This document shows, piece by piece, positions 1 through 9,275 of a stretch of DNA of 51,301 nucleotides. Where the stretch lies: the sequence record SRR22947727_3704. One strand, 5' to 3'. Below the pieces are notes generated by a model. The model did not search any database, was not told the DNA's origin, and worked only from the letters and a program-made list of their open reading frames with translations. A program made the position numbers and the translations under genes. Positions within the stretch are counted from its first letter, which is position 1. The number at the start of each line of letters is the position of its first letter.

Positions 1-56
1 GAATGAAACAAGCTACTAATGAAGTAAGTGTGGATTTACCATTGTTTATAGAGTAA
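1..56 (+). CDS. 3' end of an unidentified gene cut by the window edge (…MKQATNEVSVDLPLFIE*)
   Basis: Open frame from position 3 to TAA at 54-56; too short to assign. Confidence 0.3.
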   Translation, partial: MKQATNEVSVDLPLFIE

Positions 57-102
57 GTTCAGAAAGAAAAACACGAAGTAGAGATATTGAATAGTTTTTA
101 TA

Positions 103-372
103 TTAGCAACTTATTAACCATAAATCAATTACTCCATCTCCATCTACATCTCCAATTTTGTCATGATCTCTCCCGAATCGATCACCTCTGTCTAACTCTG
201 ATAACAGATTATCATTGCCATAAGGTAACTCAACATATCCTAAAGCTAGGTAGGGTTCTGAAGTTTCAATTATTTTATTGTTTTCTAAAATTGGATCTGA
301 ATTACAACTATAAAAACTTATTAGCACAATTGGTATTAATCCGAAACTGATATTTTTAAAAAAACAATCCAT
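103..372 (-). pseudogene. Probably truncated lipoprotein with the start of an FG-GAP/integrin-alpha-like repeat
   Basis: Lipoprotein-like signal (…VLISFYSC), then DRFGRDHDKIGDVDGDGVIDL (FG…GDxDGDG Ca-binding repeat). It stops 5 residues later, too short for a propeller. Confidence 0.5.
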
Positions 373-545
373 AGTATAAGATTTTCAATTTGGTATGATT
401 TAAGGGTTGTTCCCTAAGGTTATTTACGGGCAAGAGCTTTAGTTAGCCATGATGTTTTGATTCTAAAGAATAAAGTATTTCACATATTAGAATAAGATTT
501 CTCAATCCAAAATAGATAATTAAAACAGTTTATTTTTTATGATTA

Positions 546-920
546 CTAATTCTTATCTCCAAAATAAGACACTGCTCCACCACTTAAAAAATCTTCTCTA
601 ACTGGGCTAAAGGTGTCAATTAACATTCCTTCTTCTAAACACAATGCACTATGTAATAGATTTGGCTCAATATACACGCCATCTCCAGCTTCAATAACTT
701 TCTTTTCTCCGTCTATGTCAAATTCAAATTTACCTGAAATACAGTAGGTTGCTTGTGTATGAAAATGTTGATGAGGCGCACCTAAGGCCCCTTTTTCAAA
801 CTTCACTTTTACCATCATAATCTGGTTGTCATACCCTAAAAATTTTCTGGACACGCCGCCACCTAAGGCTTCCCATTCCATGTTTTTTGTAATGATATAT
901 TTTTTGCTAAATCGCTTCAT
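546..920 (-). CDS. kdgF: Cupin, KdgF-type (linearises unsaturated uronate to DEH)
   Basis: 124 aa from the ATG at 920 (MKRFSKK…); GVSRKFLGYD, HQHFHTQ and PNLLH cupin motifs, DTFSPVREDFL C-terminus; 37 nt after the PL7 gene. Confidence 0.9.
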   Translation of the reverse strand: MKRFSKKYIITKNMEWEALGGGVSRKFLGYDNQIMMVKVKFEKGALGAPHQHFHTQATYCISGKFEFDIDGEKKVIEAGDGVYIEPNLLHSALCLEEGMLIDTFSPVREDFLSGGAVSYFGDKN

Positions 921-957
921 TTTTATTGTTTTTGATTTGTAATGCTTAAATAATAAT

Positions 958-3015
958 TTATTTATTTGGAATCCCTTGGCCCACGCTAGCTTCTCTAAAC
1001 CATACCTCTGTATAACACCCATTTTCATATTGTTTTGAAATGTCTCCACCATAGGTTTCAGCTCCTGCAGCCCACACCTTGTTGGTTTCGTAATCTTTAC
1101 CATTGGTCTGGTTGTAAGCACCTTGTTTAAAATATACCAACTCTCCACTGTAAGCATTTTCTTTTTCAGTACCATCTTGCCCAATAGGAACAAATAGTTG
1201 TTGTGTTTGCGACGGAATATCTGATTTTTTCACATACTCAGAAGAGATAAGATTTTTAGTGAATGTTTTTGTTTCATGGCCTTTACTCTCGAAAGTAAGA
1301 TACATGAATCCATTATAAACATTTACCTCGTAACTAAATTCTTCTCCTAATTCTATTCCATCTGTTGGTTCTTGAGGGGGTACGTCTTTAGTTTGCCCGA
1401 TCACCGACATATCATTACCCCAAACTGCATAAGAATAATCCCATCTTCCCTTATTGTCGTCACCTGCTGTATTAATTTCATAATTCCAGAATACAGACCC
1501 TTTAGTGTGGCCTGGGAATTTTTTATAAAATATTTTTAATGGTTCATTTTCATGTCCTTCACCACTGTGAATTTGTCCTAGAACTACCGAATAAGATGCG
1601 GCTGCCCTGGCATCACCAGAAGTTGAAACTTGCATAACTTTACAGGTGCCTGTTAGATTTCCTCCTTCTTCAGGAGTCCATTCTCTTTTCTCATGTAATT
1701 CTGTTCTAGTGTTGCTAGAATTTTTAGAAGTGACCCCAGAGTTAGGTGTTTTGTAAACTACCCAGCGTCTAGTTCCATCAATTACTGTATAAAAGAATTC
1801 TTTGTGTTCGAATGCTGTGAGATCTTCTTCAGTAGTTCCATTCCCAAGCAAAATTTTAAATTTATCCATAAAAGGGATTACCTCATTAGGATAGACTGTT
1901 TTTGAAGCTAAACCGTCATTAGCTTCAAAATAACCAGCATTGGAATAGGCGTCATCAGGGATTGTTATGGACGCCTCTTTAAACCAAACCTCTGCATAAT
2001 TTCCATCTGAATATTGCTTTTGAAGATCTCCGCCATGTGTTTCAGCTCCAGAGCACCAAACTTTATTTACTTTTGGATCTTTCCCATTGGTTTGGTTGTA
2101 TGTCCCTAACTTAAAAAACAGTCCTTCATTAGCATAGGCATTTTTTTGTTCCACACCGTCTTGACCTATAGGCACAAAAAGACGTTTTACTTGTTCTGGT
2201 AACATAGAGCTTTCCGTATATTCTGATGAAATTAGGTTTTTAGAAAAACGCTTATTTTCATAACCTTCTCTCGAAAAATTAAGATACATAATACCGTCTT
2301 TAATCTCTACTTCATAACTAAATTCCTCTCCCAAGGCAATACCATCTTCAGGTTCTGGCGGATAATTGTTTTCGCCAGTCCCAACTAAAGAAAAGTCATA
2401 GCCCCAAATAGGGTAAGAATAATCCCATCTTTTAGAATTGTCATCTCCTTTTGTATTAATTTCATAATTCCAAAAAAGTGATCCTTTGGTATGTCCAGGA
2501 AATTTTTTGTAAAAGATTTTTAAGGGTTCGTTTTCGTGACCATCAGCACTGTGAATCTGACCTACAACTACAGAATATGTGGCCGCTACACGAGGATCTC
2601 CAGTAGTAGATACATTCATAACTTTTAATGTAGCTTTCATCTTTGCTTCCGTTGTAGGTTTCCACTTTTTCAATTGTGCTAGCTCTGTTCTGGTGTTGTT
2701 AGAAGATCCATGAGTGCTTCCTGCATTTGGAGATTTAAATACCACCCAATCTCCTTGATTGTCTTTGGCTGTGTAGAAGTAGTCTGTATTTAGGTAGTCA
2801 ACGGCTTGGCCTACATTACTTCCGTCTCCTAATATTAAATTCCAGTGTTCAAAAAAGGGTATGACATCATTAGCTTTGGTATTCATAGCTGAGCCCTCAT
2901 GCTCTTTTGTTGTGTTTTGTTTTTTGTCTGTACCATTACAACCTACCAATAATATAACCATTAAAGTCATTATGTAATTTTGGACGATACTAAATCTTGT
3001 TTTTTTGTAGCTCAT
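958..3015 (-). CDS. Alginate lyase lipoprotein with two tandem PL7 domains (AlyA5/subfamily 5-like)
   Basis: Two sets of PL7 motifs: RTELAQ/QIH/FFKLGTYNQ and RTELHE/QIH/YFKQGAYNQ; lipobox LLVGC; ATG at 3015 preferred over TTG at 3036. Confidence 0.9.
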   Translation of the reverse strand: MSYKKTRFSIVQNYIMTLMVILLVGCNGTDKKQNTTKEHEGSAMNTKANDVIPFFEHWNLILGDGSNVGQAVDYLNTDYFYTAKDNQGDWVVFKSPNAGSTHGSSNNTRTELAQLKKWKPTTEAKMKATLKVMNVSTTGDPRVAATYSVVVGQIHSADGHENEPLKIFYKKFPGHTKGSLFWNYEINTKGDDNSKRWDYSYPIWGYDFSLVGTGENNYPPEPEDGIALGEEFSYEVEIKDGIMYLNFSREGYENKRFSKNLISSEYTESSMLPEQVKRLFVPIGQDGVEQKNAYANEGLFFKLGTYNQTNGKDPKVNKVWCSGAETHGGDLQKQYSDGNYAEVWFKEASITIPDDAYSNAGYFEANDGLASKTVYPNEVIPFMDKFKILLGNGTTEEDLTAFEHKEFFYTVIDGTRRWVVYKTPNSGVTSKNSSNTRTELHEKREWTPEEGGNLTGTCKVMQVSTSGDARAAASYSVVLGQIHSGEGHENEPLKIFYKKFPGHTKGSVFWNYEINTAGDDNKGRWDYSYAVWGNDMSVIGQTKDVPPQEPTDGIELGEEFSYEVNVYNGFMYLTFESKGHETKTFTKNLISSEYVKKSDIPSQTQQLFVPIGQDGTEKENAYSGELVYFKQGAYNQTNGKDYETNKVWAAGAETYGGDISKQYENGCYTEVWFREASVGQGIPNK

Positions 3016-3090
3016 GTTATCTTTTAAGTTAGTCAATTAAACCAATCGCAATGCTTACTCACCTTTTGAAACCTTTTTACTTATTTAAAA

Positions 3091-3115
3091 TTGGTAAACC
3101 AAACTGGTTTACCAA
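3091..3115. promoter_or_regulatory. Double operator for a FadR/GntR-type regulator
   Basis: TTGGTAAACCAA (3091-3102) and CTGGTTTACCAA (3104-3115) lie between divergent genes; the same motif occurs at 9221 and 15846. Confidence 0.8.
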
Positions 3116-3142
3116 AAATACATATATTTGTAAAATAGACAA
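3113..3142 (-). promoter_or_regulatory. Bacteroidota housekeeping-sigma promoter for the PL7-kdgF operon
   Basis: The minus strand reads TTG-N19-TATTTTTG, matching the -33/-7 TTG…TAnnTTTG consensus; the -7 element overlaps the operator. Confidence 0.6.
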
Positions 3143-3189
3143 GTTTTTAAAACTAATTCCTTATCAATAACATTATTTCCGATCTAATT

Positions 3190-4167
3190 ATGAGAGAAAT
3201 TAATAAAGTGATTACAAGAAGAAACTTCACAAAAATGTCTGCTACAGCAATCGGAAGTATTCCAATGCTTGGATTTAGTAGTCCGTTTATAATTGGGGCT
3301 ACAAAGCCAAAAGATCAGCTGAACATCAGTTTGTTCTCGAAACACCTACAATTCCTCAATTATAAAGATATGGCAGAAGTGTCTGCTGACTTAGGATTTG
3401 ATGGATTAGATATCACGGTACGCCCAAAAGGACATGTTTTACCAGAAAGGGTTGTGGATGATTTACCAGAGGCTGTAGACGCAATGATGGGTTTTGGAAT
3501 GAAACCCGGAATGATAACAACGGAAGTGTGGGATCTAGAGGTTGCGTCTAACAAAGCGGTTTTAGAAACGGCAAGTGCTTTAGCGTTTACGCATTATCGA
3601 ACAGGATGGTTAACCTATCCGGAAAATAGATCCATTTTAGAGAGTCAGGCTATTTATGGGCACCAAGCTAAAAAATTAGAATTATTCAATAAAGCACTTG
3701 GATTAATTGGCTGCTATCAAAACCATGCAGGCAATCATGTGGGGGCGCCCATTTGGGACTTACGCCCTATTTTAGAGGCTACGCAGAATGAGCATTTTGG
3801 CGCACAATATGACATAAGGCATGCAGTGGCAGAAGGAGGAACTAGCTGGGAATTGGGCTTGAGACAAATAAACCCCTACATTAAATCATTGGTGATAAAA
3901 GATTTTAAATGGGGACAGTTTCAAGGAAAATGGAAACTAATCAATACGCCTCTTGGAGAAGGCATGGTAGATTTTAATCGTTATTTCTCATTGTTAAAAA
4001 AATATGATATAAACGTACCTATTTCACTTCATTTAGAATATCCATTGGGTGGGGCTGAACACGGAAATACAACATTAACTGTGGATAAAAAAGTAGTTTT
4101 TGCCCAGATGAAAAAAGATTTGACTTTTTTAAGGAACACATGGCAACAAGCCGAAAAGGCTATATAA
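3190..4167 (+). CDS. Tat-exported sugar phosphate isomerase/epimerase family (xylose isomerase-like TIM barrel)
   Basis: TRRNFTK twin-arginine signal; GFDGLDITVR, YQNH, YDIRH, IKDF, PLGEGMVDF and HLEY motifs. Confidence 0.8.
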   Translation: MREINKVITRRNFTKMSATAIGSIPMLGFSSPFIIGATKPKDQLNISLFSKHLQFLNYKDMAEVSADLGFDGLDITVRPKGHVLPERVVDDLPEAVDAMMGFGMKPGMITTEVWDLEVASNKAVLETASALAFTHYRTGWLTYPENRSILESQAIYGHQAKKLELFNKALGLIGCYQNHAGNHVGAPIWDLRPILEATQNEHFGAQYDIRHAVAEGGTSWELGLRQINPYIKSLVIKDFKWGQFQGKWKLINTPLGEGMVDFNRYFSLLKKYDINVPISLHLEYPLGGAEHGNTTLTVDKKVVFAQMKKDLTFLRNTWQQAEKAI

Positions 4168-4294
4168 TTTAGACAAAAACCCACTAAGAAATTAATTAGA
4201 AATTCTTTGCCAAACACCTTTTTTAAGTATATGCAATCTCTAAAAGGCTATTTTAAAGATAGGGATATAACAGCTTTTTGACAAAATCGGTTAT

Positions 4295-5620
4295 TTAGGT
4301 AGGTGTTTGCAATACGAAATCTATTAAGAGCACCATGCCTATTCCTACCACCCCCACGATGGTTTCCATTAAGGTCCAGGATTTGAAGGTGTCTTTTAGG
4401 CTGAGGTTAAAATACTCTTTAAACATCCAAAAACCCGAATCATTTACATGAGAGCACATTAAACTACCCGACCCTATGGCTAAAACCATTAGGTTGGGAT
4501 TGGCGTTTGTGGTGGCTATGATAGGCCCAATAATTCCCGCAGTAGTGAGGCCAGCCACTGTGGCAGAACCCAATGAGATTCGAATGAGGGTAGCCATGAA
4601 GAATCCTAATAACAATGGATTCATTTCTGAGCTTGCCAACAGCTGAGCAATCTCATTACTTACCCCACTGGCAATGAATATTTGTTTTAAAGCACCTGCT
4701 CCAGCCACAATTAACAGGATCATAGCAATGTCTTTTACCGCACTTCCATAACCCTCCATAATGGTTTTTATAGCCATTCCTTGTTTGGTGCCTAAGCTAT
4801 AGGTGGCTACCATTAAAGAGATAAGCATGACCGTCATGGGGTCTGCTAGAAAAACAAAAACTGCGTAAATGCTATTGTTTTCCTGAGTGAGTTGGGGCAG
4901 TGCCGCAGCAGCGCTCAACAGAATAACAGGTAGTAAGGCCGTAAAAAAACTATTAAAACCAGAGGGTAGTTTCTGATTCGGATCTGTTTTGGGAATAAAC
5001 ACCTCCAAAGGCTTTGATTGAATTCCTTTAAGGGTTTTTGCAAACAATGGTCCAGCGAGTACCATGCAGGGTATAGCTACTATAAGCCCATAGACAAGAG
5101 TGAGGCTTATATTTGCATTAAAAATGCTCACTAGAGCAGTAGGAGAGGGGTGTGGCGGGAGAAACCCATGGGTTACGGACAATGCAGCCAGTAGCGGGAT
5201 TCCTACATAGACCGCAGGTAATTTGTATTGATAGACGGCAGAAAAAACAAGGGGAACTAGCAATACAAAACCAATGTTGTAAAACAGTGGAATACCCACT
5301 ATAAATCCAGTCAGCATAAAAGCCCAGGGGAGGTTTTTCTGACCAAAGGTTTGGCTTAAGACTTCGGTAATCTTTTTAGCGGCCCCACTGTCTGAGATCA
5401 CTTTTCCAAACATAGCCCCTAGACAGACTATTGCGGCCAGCGAACCTAGTATACCCCCTATACCGGACTCAATGGCTTGGGATATTTCACCGATAGGAAT
5501 TCCCAAAAGCACTCCCGCCACAATGGAAATGATCAAAAAGGCCAGAAAGGGATTTATTTTACCCCAAGATATGAGGAGAATGAGTAAAAAGACACAAAGG
5601 GCAACAATGAGCATAGACAT
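4295..5620 (-). CDS. gntP: GntP-family gluconate:H+ symporter
   Basis: Multi-pass membrane protein with THGFLPPHPSP, GSATVA and SHVNDSGFWMFKEYF signatures. Confidence 0.9.
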   Translation of the reverse strand: MSMLIVALCVFLLILLISWGKINPFLAFLIISIVAGVLLGIPIGEISQAIESGIGGILGSLAAIVCLGAMFGKVISDSGAAKKITEVLSQTFGQKNLPWAFMLTGFIVGIPLFYNIGFVLLVPLVFSAVYQYKLPAVYVGIPLLAALSVTHGFLPPHPSPTALVSIFNANISLTLVYGLIVAIPCMVLAGPLFAKTLKGIQSKPLEVFIPKTDPNQKLPSGFNSFFTALLPVILLSAAAALPQLTQENNSIYAVFVFLADPMTVMLISLMVATYSLGTKQGMAIKTIMEGYGSAVKDIAMILLIVAGAGALKQIFIASGVSNEIAQLLASSEMNPLLLGFFMATLIRISLGSATVAGLTTAGIIGPIIATTNANPNLMVLAIGSGSLMCSHVNDSGFWMFKEYFNLSLKDTFKSWTLMETIVGVVGIGMVLLIDFVLQTPT

Positions 5621-5639
5621 GATCGAAAAAGCGATTGGT

Positions 5640-6911
5640 TTATAATTCTAAAATTCCAAGGATCCCGTTATAGGAAATTACTATGGCAAAAATAAAGGCG
5701 GCCCATAGGCCAATATTTACAAAAAGTCCAGTTTGGTAGGCTTTCATGATTTTCTGGTTGTTTGCCATCATAATAATACCTCCTACTACAGCTGGCAACA
5801 CAAAGACGTTAAATACCTGAGAGAGTATTTGAATTTCAATGGGATTGGCACCTAAAATAGGACCTATCAAAGCTACTGCACATGCAATGGCGGTGATTAT
5901 TTTAAATTGTTTGGAACTGGTGTCTAGGGTGCCCGATTGGTAGTCTGCCAATAAAAGGGGAGCAATGAGAAGGCAGGGAAAAATAGAAGATAAACCGGCA
6001 CTCAGGGCGCCAAAAAAGAAAATACCCACGGCTAGTTTTCCGGCAACCGGTTCCAGGGTGTTGGCCATATCTAAGACCTGGGTCACTACTTTTCCTTCGT
6101 GAAATAAAGCCCCACTGGCTACCGCCATAATGGTCCCGCTTATGATAAAAATTAATACCGCTGCTGTAATGGCATCTTTTTTTTGTTGGTCTTTGTTGGC
6201 TAGGGTCCAGCCTTTTCCTTTTATAAAAAGAGGTCTAGATAAGAAGGTGGCAGAGGCCATAGTGGTTCCCACAAATGCTGCCACCAACATTTTACCCCCA
6301 GGCACCTGAGGAATTGAGGGTATTAATCCTTTAACGACTTCTAATGGTAGGGGTTGCACAAAGCACAATGAAAATAAAAAGGACCCTCCCATGATAGATA
6401 CAAAGATCACGAGTATTTTTTCAAAGAAGGTGTATTTGCCCACCAGTAGTAAGCCATAAAAAATAGCAATAATAGCTACGGCTATTCCTAAGACCGTCTC
6501 GTATTGATATCCTCGGAGTCCTTCGTAATTTAAGGCCAGTATTTCATAGATAATATTAGATGAGATTCCTAAAATTCCCATAAGGGAGTTCCATTGTCCA
6601 AAGGTAATTCCTATCATGATCATGATGGCCAGTACCTTACCGTATTTATAGTATTTTTTAAAACCGTACAGAGCGGTTTCCCCAGTGATTAAGGCATAAT
6701 TTCCATATACAAACATGAGCAGTCCTGAAAAGAGACAACTCAGTAAGAGCACCCAAAGCAGCTGCATGCCAAACTTGCTTCCAGCAACGATCATGGCGGT
6801 AACGCTTCCCGTCCCTATGGTGTAGCCTATGGCAAATATACCTGGTCCAAATCCCAAGATTAATAAAATGATTTTTTTAAGTAAGCTTTTCTTTTCAGTG
6901 GTGGTTTCCAT
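5640..6911 (-). CDS. Nramp-related transporter (divalent cation or unknown solute)
   Basis: About 11 hydrophobic segments; GPG…IGTGSVT…AGSKFG N-terminus, VGTT, SQVFN; lacks the canonical DPGN motif. Confidence 0.7.
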   Translation of the reverse strand: METTTEKKSLLKKIILLILGFGPGIFAIGYTIGTGSVTAMIVAGSKFGMQLLWVLLLSCLFSGLLMFVYGNYALITGETALYGFKKYYKYGKVLAIMIMIGITFGQWNSLMGILGISSNIIYEILALNYEGLRGYQYETVLGIAVAIIAIFYGLLLVGKYTFFEKILVIFVSIMGGSFLFSLCFVQPLPLEVVKGLIPSIPQVPGGKMLVAAFVGTTMASATFLSRPLFIKGKGWTLANKDQQKKDAITAAVLIFIISGTIMAVASGALFHEGKVVTQVLDMANTLEPVAGKLAVGIFFFGALSAGLSSIFPCLLIAPLLLADYQSGTLDTSSKQFKIITAIACAVALIGPILGANPIEIQILSQVFNVFVLPAVVGGIIMMANNQKIMKAYQTGLFVNIGLWAAFIFAIVISYNGILGILEL

Positions 6912-6925
6912 GGTTTGGTGGGTAT

Positions 6926-8812
6926 TTATTTCCAGATGGTATGGTAGTTTTTTTGAAGGGGGTCATGGATTCTTTTATAGGTGTGTGCACCAAAATAATC
7001 TCGTTGTGCCTGTATAATGTTGGCTGCAGAGCGGTCTGTTTTTAGTTGATTTAAAAAGTTAACAGACTCACTTAAACTGCTGGTCGGAATTTCTGACAAA
7101 ATGCATTGGGCCACTACCTTATTCGCAATAGGCTTTAAAAAAAGTAATTCGTTTTGTAGGGTTGGAGCGTCTAGAAGGTCGCTAGATTCCTTTAGAAGGG
7201 GCACCAATTTTTTCATTAGATCAGATTTAATGATGCAACCATTGGTCCAAACACGAGCCAATTCACTGAGGGCTATATTCCATTGATAGGTTTTTGCCGC
7301 TTCAGAAATTAATTGAAATCCTTGATAATGATTTATAATTCTAGCAAAATGGTAGGCTTTTAATAAGTCTCCAACTTCCATGGTTTGGACGGGAGCGCTG
7401 TGTTCAAAAATGGCCGCTACTTTTTGACGCTGTGTTTTAAAGGAAGAGGTAAATCTAGCAAAAAGGGCATTGGCAATCAGGGTGCTTGGGACCCCTAACT
7501 CTGCGGTGGCAATGGTGGTCCAGTTTCCTGTTCCCTTATTGGCTGCTACGTCTAAAATCTTTTCTACCAAAGGGGTATCGCCTTCTTTTTTCCTTAAAAT
7601 GTCTATGGTGATCTCCAGTAAATAACTGTTAGAGACCGATTTCCAGGATTCAAAAATGTTAGCTATTTCTGCTGGGTTTTTTCCTAAAGCCGTCAAGATC
7701 GCATACATTTCTGCAAGCAATTCCATCTCTACATATTCAATACCGTTGTGCACCATCTTGACAAAGTGCCCACTTCCTTCCTCTCCAATATAGGAGCAGC
7801 ATGGCTTGCCGTCTTCTCCTTTAGCAGCAATGGCTTCTAAGTACAGCTGAATGGCGGTATAGGCTTCTTTGCTACCGCCTGGCATAATGGAAGGCCCTGT
7901 TAATGCGCCTTCTTCACCGCCAGAGACTCCAGCCCCTATAAATTGAATCTGATGGCTGTTTAAGTAATCCAGCCTTCTCTTGCTGTCTTTGTAATTGGAA
8001 TTTCCGCCGTCTATGAGAATATCTCCCTTGGTTAAAAAGGGCAGCAAGTCTTCTATGACATGGTCTACAATCGGTCCTGCATTCACCATGAGCATGATTT
8101 TCCTTGGGGTTTCTAATGCGTTTACAAAAGCTGCTATTTCATCAAAAGCTGCGGCTTCTTTTAACTCTGTAAAATGATCCTTAAAATTTTTGGCAACGCC
8201 TTCTTCTACACCAGCTAAGTGTCTGTTAAATAGAGCTATTTTAAAACCGTTTCTCGCTAGATTTCTCGCCAGGCTTTTTCCCATAACGCCCAATCCAAAG
8301 AGGCCAAATTCTTTTTTTTCATTAAAAGTCATCTCTAGTTCTTTTATAATTTCTGATAGGGGTGCACTGACGTCTATTTCAATGGCATTTTTGGGTGCCT
8401 CTAAGGTGTTAAATTGAGATTGCAACAACTCTTGGGGCATGAAATGTCCCGCTCTAGCTTGAATTCTCTCCAGTATAAGTTCGTAACTTCCTTTTAAGTA
8501 AATCCATTCACATGCAGTAGAGAGGTCTTTGGACAGTTCCTGTCTGTAGACTTCCTTTAGGGCAGAGCAAACCATTACAGCGCCCTCTTTTTTAAGCGCC
8601 TCTTTGGCTAATTGGTTGAGGTTTTTTAACCATTTCCATCTGTCGGAATCCTCCAAGGGAATCCCTTGGCGCATTTTGTCAATATTCGCTTGAGGGTGGT
8701 AGTCATCTCCGTCGTAAAAAGGCAGCTTTAAAGACTTACTCAAGGCCTGTCCAACACTGCTTTTTCCGGCGCCTGATACCCCCATGACAACGTAAATTTT
8801 ATTTGAAACCAT
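6926..8812 (-). CDS. gnd: Gluconokinase (GntK) fused to decarboxylating 6-phosphogluconate dehydrogenase
   Basis: N-terminal ~160 aa: GVSGAGKS, DGDDYHPQANIDKM, CSALK, HFMP…LQSQF. C-terminal: GLGVMG, GVSGGEEGA, GHFVKMVHNGIEY, QAQRDYFGAHTY. Confidence 0.93.
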   Translation of the reverse strand: MVSNKIYVVMGVSGAGKSSVGQALSKSLKLPFYDGDDYHPQANIDKMRQGIPLEDSDRWKWLKNLNQLAKEALKKEGAVMVCSALKEVYRQELSKDLSTACEWIYLKGSYELILERIQARAGHFMPQELLQSQFNTLEAPKNAIEIDVSAPLSEIIKELEMTFNEKKEFGLFGLGVMGKSLARNLARNGFKIALFNRHLAGVEEGVAKNFKDHFTELKEAAAFDEIAAFVNALETPRKIMLMVNAGPIVDHVIEDLLPFLTKGDILIDGGNSNYKDSKRRLDYLNSHQIQFIGAGVSGGEEGALTGPSIMPGGSKEAYTAIQLYLEAIAAKGEDGKPCCSYIGEEGSGHFVKMVHNGIEYVEMELLAEMYAILTALGKNPAEIANIFESWKSVSNSYLLEITIDILRKKEGDTPLVEKILDVAANKGTGNWTTIATAELGVPSTLIANALFARFTSSFKTQRQKVAAIFEHSAPVQTMEVGDLLKAYHFARIINHYQGFQLISEAAKTYQWNIALSELARVWTNGCIIKSDLMKKLVPLLKESSDLLDAPTLQNELLFLKPIANKVVAQCILSEIPTSSLSESVNFLNQLKTDRSAANIIQAQRDYFGAHTYKRIHDPLQKNYHTIWK

Positions 8813-9220
8813 GTATAACTTTGGTTTGAGAGAAAAAGATTTATTTCAAATTGTGCAACAAATTAGACTAAAATTTGAATTTAGACATCCAAATTAGGAT
8901 TTAACTGCATATTTTCAATGATTTGTTGAATTATATGACATTCCAAATATTTTATTTTTTTTGTGGACTCAATTCAATGGATGGGAGCAACTAAAATGAT
9001 TAAACTTTTATACTGTAATAGTTTTTCTTTAAAACTAGAAGCTTCTATTTGTAGAAAAGCAGGCACATTTAAAGGTGTTTATATCCTTAAACGGGAAAAC
9101 TTCTAGAATTAATTTAATTTATATTTCTGACAATAATGTGATTGAAAAATCAACTATTTGACAAAATATTAGCTATTTTTTTTGGATGATGTTTTTTTTT
9201 AAGAAAAACTTAATATATAT

Positions 9221-9258
9221 TTGGTAACCCAATCTGGTTTACCAATTTGGTTTACCAA
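9221..9258. promoter_or_regulatory. Triple FadR/GntR-type operator upstream of susC
   Basis: TTGGTAACCCAA (9221), CTGGTTTACCAA (9234), TTGGTTTACCAA (9247) at 13-bp period; overlaps a TATATTTG -7 element at 9216-9223. Confidence 0.85.
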
Positions 9259-9275
9259 ATATAAAACATTATAAA

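Noticed and set aside
87..350. 87-aa + strand ORF
   Set aside because: Antisense to the FG-GAP-like frame, TTG start, no recognisable protein features
921..1193. N-terminal extension of the cupin ORF (215 aa in the track)
   Set aside because: Overlaps the PL7 3' end in another frame; KdgF-like sequence begins at ATG 920
985..2870. Tandem PL7 as an assembly duplication
   Set aside because: The two halves differ at many synonymous and non-synonymous positions
9221..9258. Short repeats read as a CRISPR array or iterons
   Set aside because: Units are 12-bp palindromes with 1-bp gaps, no spacers and no cas or rep gene; an operator fits better
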